Source: Octopus vulgaris (lineage: Eukaryota). From it: 64,000 nucleotides of DNA. This document shows positions 63,721 through 64,000 of the stretch, piece by piece (position 1 is the first letter of the stretch; every line of letters begins with the position of its first letter). The DNA is taken from contig OX597818.1 in NCBI GenBank assembly GCA_951406725.2, positions 1,550,001 to 1,614,000 of the forward strand, in the 5' to 3' direction. A program made the translations under genes and the position numbers. The notes under the pieces were generated by a model. It was not told the DNA's origin, ran no database searches, and was given only the letters and a program-made list of their open reading frames with translations.

Positions 63721-64000
63721 CTAATTTTTCTTTCCTTTGTACAATTTAAACAGAATTTTTCAATCTATTGGTGGTTTTCACTAATTAAATTTGATAATCG
63801 ATATAATGGTGCCTTATATCTTATTATTTAACGTTGGTTTAACAGTAACTAAATGAACCTTGTTAGATGCTTGTTGTTGTTTTGCTGTATATGGGTCTCA
63901 ATATGTATTTATATTGTTTGTTAGGTGTTTGTTGTTGGTGGTGGTGGTTCTCGTTTATTTGCTAAGAGTTGTTCTATCTGTATCTCATGAACCTGACTGA

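Overview
This is AT-rich eukaryotic DNA made up almost entirely of repeats, with no recognisable intact host gene. The tRNA-derived SINE families and the abundance of (TA)n point to a coleoid cephalopod, probably an octopus (inference). Bases ~1-34,000 are a pile of nested insertions separated by (TA)n tracts: Tx1-type, RTE and R4/Dong LINE fragments, an ORF1-only LINE derivative, mariner, pogo-like and hAT DNA transposons with intact TIRs, Helitrons, SINEs, and many Penelope-like element (PLE) pieces (RT, GIY-YIG, inverted or tandem pseudo-LTRs). Bases ~35,000-64,000 are sparser, with older decayed repeats. The main unexplained signal is about 18-20 type-I minimal hammerhead-ribozyme (HHR) motifs from several apparently unrelated repeat families. 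Together they show all four Watson-Crick versions of the core 3-8 pair (C-G, G-C, U-A, A-U) and a recurring U4C core variant. Two sit inside short non-coding units with direct terminal repeats that resemble retrozymes. All motifs and coordinates were read by eye; boundaries are approximate and no ribozyme activity is shown.
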